A DNA stretch of 64,000 bases from Heterodontus francisci (lineage: Eukaryota): NCBI RefSeq assembly GCF_036365525.1, contig NC_090404.1, forward strand, positions 13,110,550 to 13,174,549. The letters run 5' to 3'. How positions within the stretch are numbered: position 1 is the first letter of the stretch; every line of letters begins with the position of its first letter. A program made the translations under genes and the position numbers. Under the pieces are notes generated by a model. The model was given only the letters and a program-made list of their open reading frames with translations, was not told where the DNA came from and did not search any database. Positions 1-11,767 of this stretch are shown piece by piece.

Positions 1-300
1 GAGAAGCTCCTCAGACTGGCAAAAGATGGGAAGTGGTGTTCCACAGGGAGCAATGCTGAGACCACTGTTATTCACCATTTAGATAAACTATTTGGACTCA
101 GAAATACAATTTTGAAATTTGGCAGAATTACTGTAAACCACAGATAAGAAATCCCAATGAACAAAACTTTGTGGCACAGCTCACTAAGTCTTTAATTTAA
201 TAGCAGAATAAACAAGGACACTGGGAAGAAATCAACCACGTTATTTAGTCATTTATTAGTTACCAAATGGGGAGATATAGCTAATACTGAGGAAGACTGC
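1..300 (+). mobile_element. Highly decayed CR1-type LINE RT fragment
   Basis: From about position 33 it reads SGVPQGAMLRPLLFTI*INYLD, the SGVPQGSVLGP motif region of CR1 RT. Confidence 0.5.
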
Positions 301-454
301 GACTAAATCCTGATGTCTAACATGCACGCATCAATAAAATAGGGAATTCCTGGAAACACGCTGCAGGTCCTTTTTAATCTGGAGATGAAACCTCTGTGGT
401 ATAATTGTCCCAGCAGTTAACAGGTCCCTGTGAACTCCTCCATTTGCTATATTA

Positions 455-1395
455 TGGGGACAATAAAAAACTTGCAAGTATTGTGAACGGTGAGGAGGGT
501 AATATAGAATTTCAAAAGAACATGAACAGGTGAAATGGCAAAAGCACATAGACAGGTTGGTGGAATGGGCAGACATGTGGCAGATGAAATTTAATGCAGA
601 GAAGTGTGAAGTGATTCACTTTGGTGGAAACAACGCAAAGAGACAATACAAAGGGTACAATTTTAAAGGGGGCACAGGAGCAGAGGGACCAGGGTGTATA
701 TGTGAATAAATGATTGAAGGTGGTGGGACAAGTTGAAAGTGTGGTTAATAAAGCATACAGCAACCTAGGCTTTATCAATAGGTGCACAGAGGACAACAGC
801 ATAGAAGTTATGTTAAACCTGTATAAAACACCATTCGGCCTCAACTGGAGTACTGCGTCAAGTTCTGGGCACCATACTTCAGGAAGGATGTGAAGGCATG
901 AAAAAGGGTACAGAAAAGATTGATGAGAATGGCTCCAGGAATTAGGAAATTCAGTTATGTGGATAGATGTTAGAAGTTGGGACTGTTTTCCTTGAAGAAA
1001 AGGTTGCGAGGAGATTTGATAGAAGTATTCAAAATCAAGAGGGGTCAGGACAAAGTAGATAGAGAGAAACTGTTTCCATTGGTGGAAGGGTCAAGAACAA
1101 GAGGGCACAGATTTAAGGTAATTGGCAAAAAAAAAAGCAATGACAACATGAGGAAAAACTTTTTCCTGCAGTGAGTAGTTGGGATCTGGAATGCACTGCC
1201 TGAGAGTGTGGTGGAGACAGGTTCAATCAATATATTCAAGAGGGAATAGGAGTATTATCTGTAAAGAAAGAATGTGCAGGGCTACGAGGCAAAGGCGGGG
1301 GAGTAGCACGAGGTAAATAGCTCCTTCAGAGAGCCAGCACAGACACAATGGGCAGAATGGCCTTCTTCTGTGCTGTAACCATTCTATAATATTGA
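455..1395 (+). mobile_element. CR1 LINE 3' fragment, degenerate
   Basis: Broken WQMKFNAEKCEVIHFG, LEYCVKFWAP and RLRGDLIEVFKI motifs. CR1-type tail ggcagaatggccttcttctgtgctgtaaccattctat. It splits the ZNF-downstream element (300-452 and 1396-2150). Confidence 0.85.
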
Positions 1396-2150
1396 CGCAG
1401 TTTTTAAAACCAATTTATTTTAAACCGGTTTATCTTAAATAAGTTAACACTTGTCTTAAATTGCTAGCGTCGGGACTATCCTAAAAATGTATTAAAGCTT
1501 GGCACAATAATTACCACAGGCATTTTCAGACTGGAAATTTAAACCTGCCGTTTCACTTTCAGTCCGGAACAGATCACAGTTTTACACCAGTCTCTGATTT
1601 GACAGCACATTTCCAGCATTCACTGTTGTTCTTCCTGACTCTAAACACACAGTTGTAAAGGAGCCTTCTGTTCTGTGCCCAGGAGCTCTGAACCGTGGAG
1701 GTGAGCGGCTGGAACACATTTCTTACGCTCCTCAGGATTAACCCACAAGGAGAATTTGCTGTCAGTGACGAGAGACGAGAAAGACCAATGTGTCATTTGT
1801 CCCTCTCAGTGTGGTCCTGAAGGACTGTGTCCAGGCTGAAGTTCTGTTCCTGTCGTATGATCCTCCCCCCAGATTGTCCTTTCTGAGCTCCAGCCAGGTG
1901 ATGCTAAACACTCAGGTGGGAAAGACAAAAATCTACAACAATGTGTTTCAAACAAAGCTGATTTATTTCAAATCTATCCAGAATATTAAACACAAGCCCA
2001 GTTAGTGGGTTTATTATCATCAGAAATAATCCCCAACTGTCACAATAGAAACACAGAAAATATATAGGCTTGACATGTTACTTGATATTTATCCAGGATA
2101 TTAAACAGCAGCTCATTTACATGGATTATTAATATCAGCAGAAACAAATC
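1396..2150 (-). repeat. ZNF-associated 3' conserved element, copy A (continues at about 300-452)
   Basis: Reverse complement aligns by eye with 28680-29300, 45955-46925 and 55930-56740. It is always 3' of, and co-oriented with, a ZNF gene. Confidence 0.85.
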
Positions 2151-2227
2151 CCAACTGTCAGAGTGAAGATGGTTCAGTTCTGGATGTGATTAACAGCAAC
2201 AATAACAGCAGAATCCAACCCTTACAG

Positions 2228-2997
2228 TCACTTGTGAATTTGCTGGTGTGTCAGCAGGGAGGGTGACTGAGTGAATCTTTTCCGACATGCGGAGCAGGTG
2301 AACGGTCTCTCCCCAGTGTGAACCCGCTGGTGTGTCAGCAGATCCCTTTTACTTTTAAAGGTCTTCTCACAGTCAGAACATTTGAAAGGTCTCTTATCAG
2401 TGTGAACAAGTTGATGTGTCAGAAGGTGGGATGACCGAGTGAATCCCTCCCCACACACGGAGCAGGTGAACGGCCTCTCCCCCGTGTGAATGTACTGGTG
2501 TTTCAGTAGTCTGGATAATCGAGTAAATCCTTCCCCACATACGGAACAATTGAATGCACTCTCTCTAGTTCACACTCTCTCCAGTGTGAACGCGCTGGTG
2601 TGACAGAAAGTTAGATGAATGACTAAATACCTTCCCACACACGGAGCAGGTGAACGGCCTCTCCCCAGTGTGACTGCGCCAATGTGTTTCCAGCTTTGAT
2701 GAGGAACTGAATCCCTTCCCACAATCCCCACATTTCCACAGTTTCTCCGTGATGCCGGTGTCCTCCTGTATCTCCAGGTTGGGTGATCAGTTCAAACCTC
2801 ATTCACACACAGAACACCTGAACGATTTCTCCCAACTGTGAATGGTGCAATGTTTCTTCAGGCCATGTAACTGGTTAAAACATTTCTCCTATATTAAAAA
2901 GCCAATGATATTCAGCTCCTGATGTATTGAATCTGTCAGATTTTGATGTGATGTGTGCTGTGAGTTCCCCGTCTGAAAATCCTCCCATTCTCATACC
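2228..2997 (-). pseudogene. C2H2 ZNF pseudogene A
   Basis: HTGERPF-linked fingers. Frameshift/duplication near 2560-2580, in-frame TGAs near 2787-2801, acceptor ttttccag|g at 2998/2997, no ATG at the MEKPW position (ACG). Confidence 0.85.
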
Positions 2998-3062
2998 CTG
3001 GAAAAGCAGTTTCCAAAGTCAGTATAGATTTGAAATTCAGAAGAGAATTCTAGTTTCTTTCA

Positions 3063-3710
3063 TTTTATAATTCATTCATGAGATGTGAGCATCACCGAAA
3101 AGCCAGCATTTATTGCCCATCCCTAATTGCCCTTGAGAAGGTGGTGGTGAACTGCCTTCTTGAACCGCTGCAGTCCAAGTGGGGGTAGGTATACCCACAG
3201 TTCTGTTAGGAAGGAAGTTTCAGGATTTTGACCTGCGGCAGTGAATGAACGGCGAGATAGTTCCAAGTCAGGATGGTGTGTGACTTGGAGGGGAACTTGC
3301 AGGTGGTGGTGTTCCCATGCATTTGCTGCCCTTGTTCTTCGAGGTGGTAGAGGTTGCAAGTTTGGAAGGTGCTGTCTAAGGAGCCTTGGTGCATTGCTGC
3401 AGTGCCTCTTGTAGATGGTACACACTGCTGCCACTGTGCATCGGTAGTGGAGGGAGTAAATATTTGTGGACAGGGTGCCAATCAAGCAGACTGCTTTGTC
3501 CTGGATGGTCGAGCTTCTGGAGTGTTGTTGGAGTTGCACCCATCCAGGCAAGTGGAGAATATTCCATCACACTCCTGACTTGTGCCTTGTAGATGGTGGA
3601 CAGGCTTTGGGGAGTCAGGACAAACCTGGGCAATTTTCCACATTGCTGGGTAGGTGCCACATTGCCATTGTAGCTGTACTGGAACAGCTTGGCTAGGGTA
3701 CGGCAAGTTA
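3063..3710 (-). mobile_element. 3' fragment of a CR1-group LINE (same family as 4955-8393)
   Basis: KAQVRSVMEYSPLAWMGA motif and tail gggcaattagggatgggcaataaatgctgg. Confidence 0.85.
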
Positions 3711-3714
3711 TGGA

Positions 3715-3880
3715 GCACAAATTTTCTTTATTATCAACCATATGACCAATCATTGTTATCACCTGGAAACTTCTTAATCAGAGCCCCTACATTTAAGGCT
3801 AAATCATTGATATATAACCATAAAAGTAAGCAGCCTAGTGCTGAGTTCTGTGGAAACCCAACTTGGTAAAGGCTTCCAGT
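3715..3880 (-). mobile_element. CR1 fragment in the 3' UTR of ZNF B, shared with ZNF H (53580-53720)
   Basis: Reverse complement matches gactggaagcct...tatatagcaatgatttagacttaaatgtagg at 53580-53700. Confidence 0.65.
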
Positions 3881-3940
3881 CAGAATTTAATTTTAGCTGT
3901 GATTAACAGCAGCAATAACAGCAGAATCCAAACCCTGCAG

Positions 3941-4690
3941 TCACTTGTGAACTCGCTGGTGTGTCAGAAGGTTGGATGATCGATTAAATCCCTCTCCACA
4001 AATGGAGCAGGTGAACGGCCTCTCCCCAGTGTGAATGCGCTGGTGTCTCAGCAGGACGGATGAATGAATGAATCCCTTCTCACACACGGAGCAGGTGAAC
4101 GACCTCTCCCCAGTGTGACTCCGCTGGTGAGTCCGAAGGTGAGATGACTGAGTGAATTCCTTCCCACAAATGGAGCAGGTGAACGGCCTCTCCCCAGTGT
4201 GGATTCTCTGGTGTTTCAGTAGGTTGGCTGACTGAGTGAATCCCTTCCCACATACGGGGCAGGTGAATGGCCTCTCCCCAGTGTGAACTCGCTTGTGTCT
4301 CAAAAGCTTGGATGCTTCAGTGAATCCCTTCTCACACACGGAGCAGATGAATGGCCTCTCCCCAGTGTGACTGCGTCGATGAGTTCCCAACTGGGATGGG
4401 GAAAGGAATCCCTTCCCACAGTCCGCACATTTCCATGGTTTCTCCGTGGTGTGGGTGTCCTTGTGTCTCTCCAAGTTGGACACTCACTTGAAACCCTGCC
4501 CACACACAGAACACGTGTACGGTTTCTTCCCGATGTGAATGGCGTGATGTTTTTTCAGGCTGTGTAACTGGTTAAAGCTCTTTCCACAGTCAGTGCACTG
4601 GAACACTCTCACCCGGATGTGTGTGTCTCGGTGCTTTTCCAGTCACACTGATATTTGAAATCTTTTCCCACAGAGAGAGCAGGCAAACAT
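3941..4690 (-). pseudogene. C2H2 ZNF B: 9-finger frame from ATG 4690, interrupted only by two TGA codons; the 6 C-terminal fingers are intact
   Basis: ORF 3941-4483 has six fingers and no ATG. The upstream frame MFACSLCGKRFQISV*LEKH... is continuous except for TGA at 4645-4643 and 4486-4484. Acceptor ttttacag|g at 4786/4785. The promoter region is replaced by a LINE at about 4950. Confidence 0.75.
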
Positions 4691-6301
4691 TTCTCCTTCC
4701 ACATTCAGGTCCTGGTGAATTGAGCGACTGTCAGATCTTGACGTGAGGTTTGGCTTGAGGTTGCAAATCCTCCCCTTCTAATCCCCTGTAAAAGGAGTTT
4801 ACAAAAGTTATCACTCACAGTGCAGGCTAGAAATTCAGAACAGACAATTCTAGCTTCCATGGAACATTCTTTCCTCTCTTGTTCACCCAAAGCTGTAAAT
4901 CCTCGACCCACACACTCTCCCTGTGCTGAAATCCAAACCCATCACAGCACACTGGGGAGGTGATGACATAGTGGTATTGTCACTGGACTAATAACCTAAA
5001 GTATTGCTCTCGAGACATGGGTTCAAATCCCACAAGGTAGAATTTAACTTCAATTAATAAATCTGGAATTAAAAAGCAAGTCCAATGATGGCCATGAAAC
5101 CATAGTCGTAAAAACCCCATCTGGCCTACATGTAACTCCAGGCAATGTGTTTGACTCTGAAATGGCTGAGCCAGCCACTCAGTTGTATCAAACCACTACA
5201 AAGCCAATAAGGATTGAAACTGGATGGACCACCCTGCATTGACCTAGGCACCATCACCCACCAGCAAAGCTGGCAGCACAGTGGTATACAATTAGGAAGG
5301 AGTTATACAGGGAGTACTCATCAATGATTCCAGACCCCATGAAATCTCATTGTATCAGACCAAACATGGGCAAGGAAACCTCCTGCTGATTACCACCCAA
5401 TGCCCCTGCCCCCTCAGCTGATGAATCAGTACTCCTCCATACTGCACAGCACTTGGAGCAAGCAAGGGTGTAGAATGTATGCTGGTGTACTCATCAGCAA
5501 TAGTGGCTTGGTAGCACCATTACTGGCCAAGTCCTAAAGGATATAGTTGCTAGACTGGGTCTGCGGCAGGTGCTGAAGGAAAAACATGCTTGACCTCGTC
5601 CTCACCAATCTGCCTGTCGTAGATGCAGTTGGCCATGACAGTGTTGGTAGGAGTGACCACCACACAGTCCTTGTGGAGACTAAGTTCTCTCTTCACATTG
5701 AGGATACCCTCCATCGTGTTCTGTGGCAGTACCACCGTGCTGAACGGGATAGATTTCAAACAGATCTAGCAATGCAAAACTGGGTATCTGTGGGGCAGCA
5801 GCAGAATTGTACTCAACAACAACCTGTAACCTCATGGGGCAGCATATCCTCTACTCTACCATTACCATCAAGCCAGGGGATCAACCCTGGTTCACTGAAG
5901 AGTGCAGAAGGGCATGCAAGGAGCAGCACCAGACATACCTCAAAATGAGGTGTCAACCTGGTAAAGCTACAACCCAGGACTACTTGCGTACCAAGCAGCA
6001 TGTGATAGACAGAGCAAATTGATCCCACAACCGACAGATCAGATCTAAGTTCTGCGATCCTGCCAGATCCAGTCATAAATGGGGGGGGGGGGGGTGCAAT
6101 TAAACAACGAACAGGAGGAGGTTGCGCCACAAATATCCCCATTCTCAATGATGGGGGAGCCCAGCACATCAGTGCAAAAGATTAAGGCTGAAGCATTTGC
6201 AATAATCCTCAGCCTCCAACTCAGTTCCCCAGCATCACAGATGCCAGTCTTCAGCCAATTGGATTCATTCCATGCGATATCAAGAAACGACCGAAGGCAC
6301 T

Positions 6302-6834
6302 CGATCCTTGTCTTGAGAGAGAATGGGTAAGCATCAGTGGTTTGTGGAGCAGCGCCTGGAGTGGCTATAAAGGCCAATTCTAGAGTGACAGACTCTTCCA
6401 CAGGCGCTGCAGATGAAGTTGGTTGTCGGGGCTGTTACACTGCTGTCTCTTTTCCTGCCAGCTGCTGAGTCTCTTTGTCCCGCCTCTCTTCAGCCCCGCC
6501 TTTATAGCTGTCCGTCAGCTCTGGCGATCGCTGGCAACTCGTGGTCAATGTCACAAGACTTCATGTCGCGTTTGCAAACGACTTTAAAACCGAGACGTGG
6601 ACGGCCGGTGGGTCTGATACCAGTGACGAGCTCGCTGTACAATATGTCCTTGGGGATCCTGCCATCTTCCACATGGCTCACATGGCCAAGCCATCTCAAG
6701 CGCTGCTGGCTCAGTACGGCATACATGCTGGGGATGCTGGCTGCCTTGAGGACTTCTGCGTTGGAGATACGGTCCAGCCACCTGGTGCCAAGTATTCTCC
6801 AGAGACAGCGAAAGTGGAATGCGTTCAGACATCA
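6302..6834 (-). mobile_element. RTE-clade LINE 3' fragment nested in the LINE
   Basis: RLRWLGHVSHVEDGRIPKDILYSEL...GRP motif. TSD gaaggcact at 6293-6301 and 6835-6843. Confidence 0.85.
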
Positions 6835-7351
6835 GAAGGCACTGGACACTGCAAAGGATATGGGCCCTGACAACATTCCAGCAATACTACTGAAGATATG
6901 TGCTCCAGAATTTGCCGCGCCCCTAGCCAAGCTGTTTCAGTACAGTGACAACACTGGCATCTACCCAGCAATGTGGAAAATTGCCCAGATATGTCCTGTG
7001 CACAAAATGCAGGAGAAATCCAACCCGGCCAACTACCGCACCATCAGTCTACTCTCAATCATCAGTAAATTGATGGACGGGTCGTAGACAGTGCTAGCAA
7101 GCAGTACTAGCTCAGCAATAACCTGCTCAGTTTGGGTTCCGCCAGGGCTACTCAGCTCCTGACCTTATTACAGCCTTGGTTCAAACATGGATTAAAGAGC
7201 TGAACTCGAGGTGAGGTGAGAATGACTGCCCTTGACTTCAAGGCAGCATTTGACAGAGTGGGCCATCAAGGAACCCTAGCAAAACTGGAGTCAATGGGAA
7301 TCAGGAGGAAAATTCTCCCCTGGTTGGAGTCATACCCAGCACAAAAGGGAG

Positions 7352-8329
7352 ATGGTTGTGGTTGTTAGAGGTCAATCATCTCAGCTCCAGGACATCACTG
7401 CAGGAGTTCCTCAGGGTAGTGTCCTAGGCCCAACCATCTTCAGCTGCTTCATCAATGACCTTCGTTCAGTCATAAGGTCAGAAGTGGGGATGTTCACTGA
7501 TGATTGCACAATATTCAGCATTATTCACGACTCCTCAAATACTGAAGCAGTCCATGTTGAAATGCAGCAAACCCTGGACAATATCCAGGCTTGGGCTGAT
7601 AAGTGGCAAGTAACATTCACGCCACAAAAGTGCCAGGCAAGGACCATCTCCAACAAGAGAGAATCTAACCATCTCCTCGTGACATTCAATGGCATTACCA
7701 TCGCTGAATCCCCCACTATCAACATCCTAGGGGCTACCATTGACCAGAAACTGAACTGGAGTAGCCATATAAATACCGTAGCTACAACAGCAGGTCAGAG
7801 GCTAGGAATCCTGAGGCGAGTAACTCACCTCCTGACTCCCCAAAGCCTGGCCACCATCTACAAGGCACAAGTCAGGAGTGTGATGAAATACTCTCCACTT
7901 GCCTGGATGGGTGCAGCTCCAACAACACTCAAGAAGCTCGACACCATCCAGGACAAAGCAGCCCGCTTGATTGGCACCCCATCTACAAACATTCACTCCC
8001 TCCACCACCGACGCACAGTGGCAGCAGTGTGTACCATCTACAAGATGCACTGCAGAAATGCACTAAGGCTCCTTAGACAGCACCTTCCAAACCCGCGACC
8101 TCTACCAACTAGAAGGACAAGGGCAGCAAATACATGGGAACACCACCACCTGCAAGTTCCCCTCCAAGTCACACACCATCCTGACTTGGAACTATATCGC
8201 CGTTCCTTCACTGTCGCTGGGTCAAAATCCTGGATCTCCCTTCCTAACAGCACTGTGGGTGTACCTACCCAAAATGGACTGCAGAGGTTCAAGAAGGCAG
8301 CTCACCACCACCTTCTCAAGGGCAATTAG
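7352..8329 (+). CDS. Open C-terminal half of LINE ORF2 reverse transcriptase (fragment)
   Basis: 325-aa ORF with GVPQGSVLGPTIFSCFIND and FTDDCTIF. Confidence 0.8.
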   Translation: MVVVVRGQSSQLQDITAGVPQGSVLGPTIFSCFINDLRSVIRSEVGMFTDDCTIFSIIHDSSNTEAVHVEMQQTLDNIQAWADKWQVTFTPQKCQARTISNKRESNHLLVTFNGITIAESPTINILGATIDQKLNWSSHINTVATTAGQRLGILRRVTHLLTPQSLATIYKAQVRSVMKYSPLAWMGAAPTTLKKLDTIQDKAARLIGTPSTNIHSLHHRRTVAAVCTIYKMHCRNALRLLRQHLPNPRPLPTRRTRAANTWEHHHLQVPLQVTHHPDLELYRRSFTVAGSKSWISLPNSTVGVPTQNGLQRFKKAAHHHLLKGN

Positions 8330-9059
8330 GGATGGGCAATAAATACTGGCCAGGCCAGTGACGCCCACATCCCATGAATGAATAAAAAAAAAATCAGCAA
8401 TGACAATTATAAAGATCAGATCATTTCAAAGGCTCTCACATGCAGTATCTGTGGAGGAGTTTTACTAAATCAGATCCAAAAAGGGTGAAATGATGCAGAA
8501 AATATTCTACACAGGGGCGGTTCAAAGGAAATCCAGATGTGTGTAAAGTTCAGTCTATGACACCCACAAGCCGTGCACTCAAACAGAACAAGCTTGGGGT
8601 TTCTTCTTATTCTTTTTACAGTGGAAGCAAAAAAAAACACATTAAATATCAATATCTGAGTCAGAAATCCAGGCCAAAGCTTCCGGTGTAACAGTGTGGA
8701 TATGGTGTAGGCTGCCTGTGAATTTCCTCTGAGGACAGTGTTTGACCATGTTCTCCAGGGTCTGTTTAGGAGCTCTGCAGTCCCATGATGGAGATGCTTT
8801 AATCTTCCTGCTATGGAGAAGATGGCAGCAGTCACCATGAATGGGTCTGAGGCTGTTCTCGGATGGATGATGACAGCCTTCTCGTGGCTCACCCTGTTCC
8901 ATCATCTTAGATCACAACTAACATCATCTCAAAGGACACCAAACTTGTTAAATCAACCTCCTGGTGAGAGCAGCAAATGAAACAGTCCTCTTCAGGACCA
9001 GAGAAAACCACATGTCTGGTCAACCACCCAAATATGTCAACTTAACATCGAAGGCATCT

Positions 9060-9300
9060 CTCACACAAAATTCCAACATCTCCAAAGCTTACCCTCCCAA
9101 CACCTCTCCGCCTCTCTACCTCGCTTTCCTCCTTTATGACACTCATTAAAACCTATCTTTCTAACCCAGCTTTTGGTCATCTGACCTAACATCTTCTTAT
9201 GTGGCTCCATGTCAAGAGTTTTTTTTTATAATGCTCTTGTGAAGCACCTTAGAATGTTTTATTATGTGAAAGGTGCTATATAAAAATATAAGTTGTTGTT
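9060..9300 (+). mobile_element. L2 LINE 3' tail
   Basis: cttttggtcatctg...gtgaagcacctt...aaaggtgctatataaa...gttgttgtt tail, as at 43780-44010. Confidence 0.7.
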
Positions 9301-9584
9301 TACTCAGGGTTGTTGTCCTGGTTCTTTAAGAAACACATATCAAACACATCCACCAGTTTGATTCAAGTGAACATCTTACAGGTTTTGACCTAGCTGTTTG
9401 CAATGACCCTCCCAATAAGCCAGGCCTGTTACATCAAACTAAGCATTGAAGGCTTCACTGAACTGAAGGAGACCCAGTATTGCACAGCAATACGTGTAGG
9501 AGAGTGAACAATCTCCAATGTCTCCAAACCACCACTCATACAGTGACCTGAGCCACTGCTCCCTCCTCGTCAACATCCATCAAT

Positions 9585-9670
9585 CCATCTCGGAGACTTT
9601 AATATCCACCAAATAATGTGGGGCAATGTAGACGTCAACTATAATGGAGAAGTAATTGTACAGTGAGTTT
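9585..9670 (+). mobile_element. AP-endonuclease motif remnant of an old non-LTR element
   Basis: Reads LGDFNIHQIMWGNVDVNYNG, resembling GDFNAHxxxWG. Confidence 0.45.
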
Positions 9671-9919
9671 CATTGGAGAATAAATTCTCCTTTTTGATGC
9701 TAAGAGTTGAAATACATTCCATTCCTCAAGGTGGCAGGGAGAATCTAAGCCAGATCTATGTTTATTCTCCAAGGATAGCAAAGGAAATCCAATCAGCAGG
9801 ACCCTTTTCAAATGGATTAGTAATCACAGACCCCCACCCCCCCCCCCCCCCCCCCTACCTAAATGATACTATAAACTCCTTGTACATTTATATTTCTGAA
9901 TGTAAAGCTCATCAGTGTC

Positions 9920-10244
9920 CTGTTTGCATCTTGGAGGCCAGGAGTTGGAAATCCATGTGAAGAAGTTCACGGTTTTGATGAACTTTATGAATATTCGGTG
10001 CCATCTTTGCTGAGCGGACTGCCTAGTAAATCTGTGAGATCTATCTTTGTTGCATCTGATAATTAATAATTAATGTGTAATCTTTAAGCCTAGTGATTTA
10101 CCTGTTATTTCATGCTCTATTTACGTTGATTTTGATTTGAGTGTTATAATAAAATTTATGAAAATGAAATCTTGTCTGTTTGTTTTTCTATTGGGGCCAG
10201 TTGATAAATTCATTTGTTTTGGTGATCTCCATGGAGATCATAAC
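9920..10244 (+). mobile_element. Internally deleted solo-LTR-like element (paralog of 57450-58722)
   Basis: tgtt...cataaca termini, AATAAA at about 10148. Matches 58410-58720; about 960 bp is missing at a tgtt microhomology. Confidence 0.55.
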
Positions 10245-11489
10245 ACCTTGCTCCATAACTATCAGGAATAGAAGGTCCCCGTATTGTGAGAGGAGCCTCA
10301 GGGCGTCAGTCTCAATGACCCTGTAAAGTAGAGGAACAAATGAGCGAGAGGAGGCCATTCAGCTCCTCGAGCCTGTTTCACCATTCAATTACCTCATGAT
10401 TGATCAATATCTCAACTACATTTATTTGGTTTGGCTCCATATTATTTAATAACCCTACCCAACAAAAATATATCCAATACAAGTTTTGAAATTCACTCTA
10501 TCTACTTCTCACTGTCAGTCTGTCACTCTCCCTCTTTCTCTCTCTCTGTCTATCGCTCGTGGTCTCATTTTCTATGACACTGACACTGATTCTCCACTTC
10601 AGACACAGAGTAGCTGCTACTCCAAAGGTCAACACAACACCCAAGATGAGCCCAGGGCTGTGACCACATACAGACACAATTAGACCAATGTTCCCAGTCA
10701 TTTCCAATCAGGGTCCGTGAAGCTGATGTGGATAGCAACAATATTAACCAGAGTGGAAGGAAATTGAATTCATCCTGGTGTGAGTCAGGTACTGACATAA
10801 AGCCCCACTGATCTTCCCTTTTTGTGATATCAACATCTCCTTACTACAAGTGTTAGGAAAAGGCTGACTTCTGTTCATCAAAAAAATGCTAATTTATCTG
10901 GATATATAAAAATTGCCATAATACAAATCCCCATTTAATTTTAAACATGAATGAAATTATGTTTAGCTGTGGGTTTATAATGTTGGCACCTTCAGAGAGT
11001 CTCATCGACCTAAAGACTTCTGTTAAATCCTGAGTGGATTTAAGTTTAAACCAGGTTTGCAGGCATGATGCTCTATTCACACATCGAAGATGAGAGAGAT
11101 GCTGTGGGACACAGACTAAGTCCAGTAGCTGAAAGGGAAAGACTGGGATTTGTGTTTAGTGACCCCGGGCGTGTTAGTGATACCTTCCCTGGATCCCAAG
11201 GCTAGGAGAGGCACTCTGGAAGGTATGGGGAGCTGGGACTTGTCCATGAGAGTATCCGAAGATATGATAACTGAAATAATCTAGAGTGAGAAAGGAGAAA
11301 AGGCTCAAAAATGGAGCAGTCATTAACAGGACGTCAACTATTCTCCTCTTATCTTGGAGAAATTAAGGACCCGACAAAGTGTGTTTGAAACAACATTAAT
11401 TCATTTGAGCGTTATCAGTATATTAAACTCCAGCCCAGTTATAAGGGGTTATTAACATCAGCAAAAATAAACCTCAGCTATCAACATGA

Positions 11490-11767
11490 ACATAGTTCAA
11501 TCCTGGATGTGATTCACAGCAGCAATTACAGCAGAATCCAACCCCAGCTGCCACTGTGAACCCACTGGTGTTTCAGCAGATGGGATAACTGAGTAAATTC
11601 CTTCCCACACATGGAGCAGATGAATGGTCTCTCCCCAGAGTGGGTGAGTTGGTGTTTCAGCAGATCCTTTTTTAAAGCACTTCTCACAGTCAGAACATGT
11701 AAAAGGTCTCTGATCACTGTGTACAAGTTGATGTTTAGTGAGCCGGGATGACTCAGTAAATCCCTTC
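11490..11767 (-). pseudogene. 3' remnant of a C2H2 ZNF gene truncated by an LTR-like element
   Basis: [38 protein letters not shown] plus the family 3' tail; ends abruptly at tgtaag 11768. Confidence 0.8.

Larger units (their letters stand above)
4955..8393 (+). mobile_element. Near full-length degenerate CR1-group LINE with a tRNA-like 5' head
   Basis: A/B-box-like head (tagtggtattg; ggttcaaatcc 5020-5030). Endonuclease remnants (GQGNLLLITT, LDLVLTNL). RT motifs (GPDNIPA, NPANYRTISLLS, GVPQGSVLGP, FTDD). Tail ends atgaatgaataaaaaaaaaa. Confidence 0.85.

Noticed and set aside
1790-2005. Repeated ORF MSFVPLSVVLKDCVQAEVLF... (four copies) as a novel small protein
   Set aside because: It starts at non-ATG codons, is antisense to the ZNF unit, and has variable ends. 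Its openness is explained by the high nucleotide identity of the block.
6081-6094. Poly-G and poly-C runs (also 9837-9855)
   Set aside because: Simple homopolymer expansions, absent or short in the paralogous sequence.
6413-7087. 224-aa ORF as a gene
   Set aside because: It is a chimera of antisense RTE sequence and host LINE RT across an insertion junction.
8430-8900. LTCSICGG as a RING/TRIM start, and ORF 8470-8892
   Set aside because: No further RING ligands follow and I recognise no domain; it may be a tiny finger remnant.
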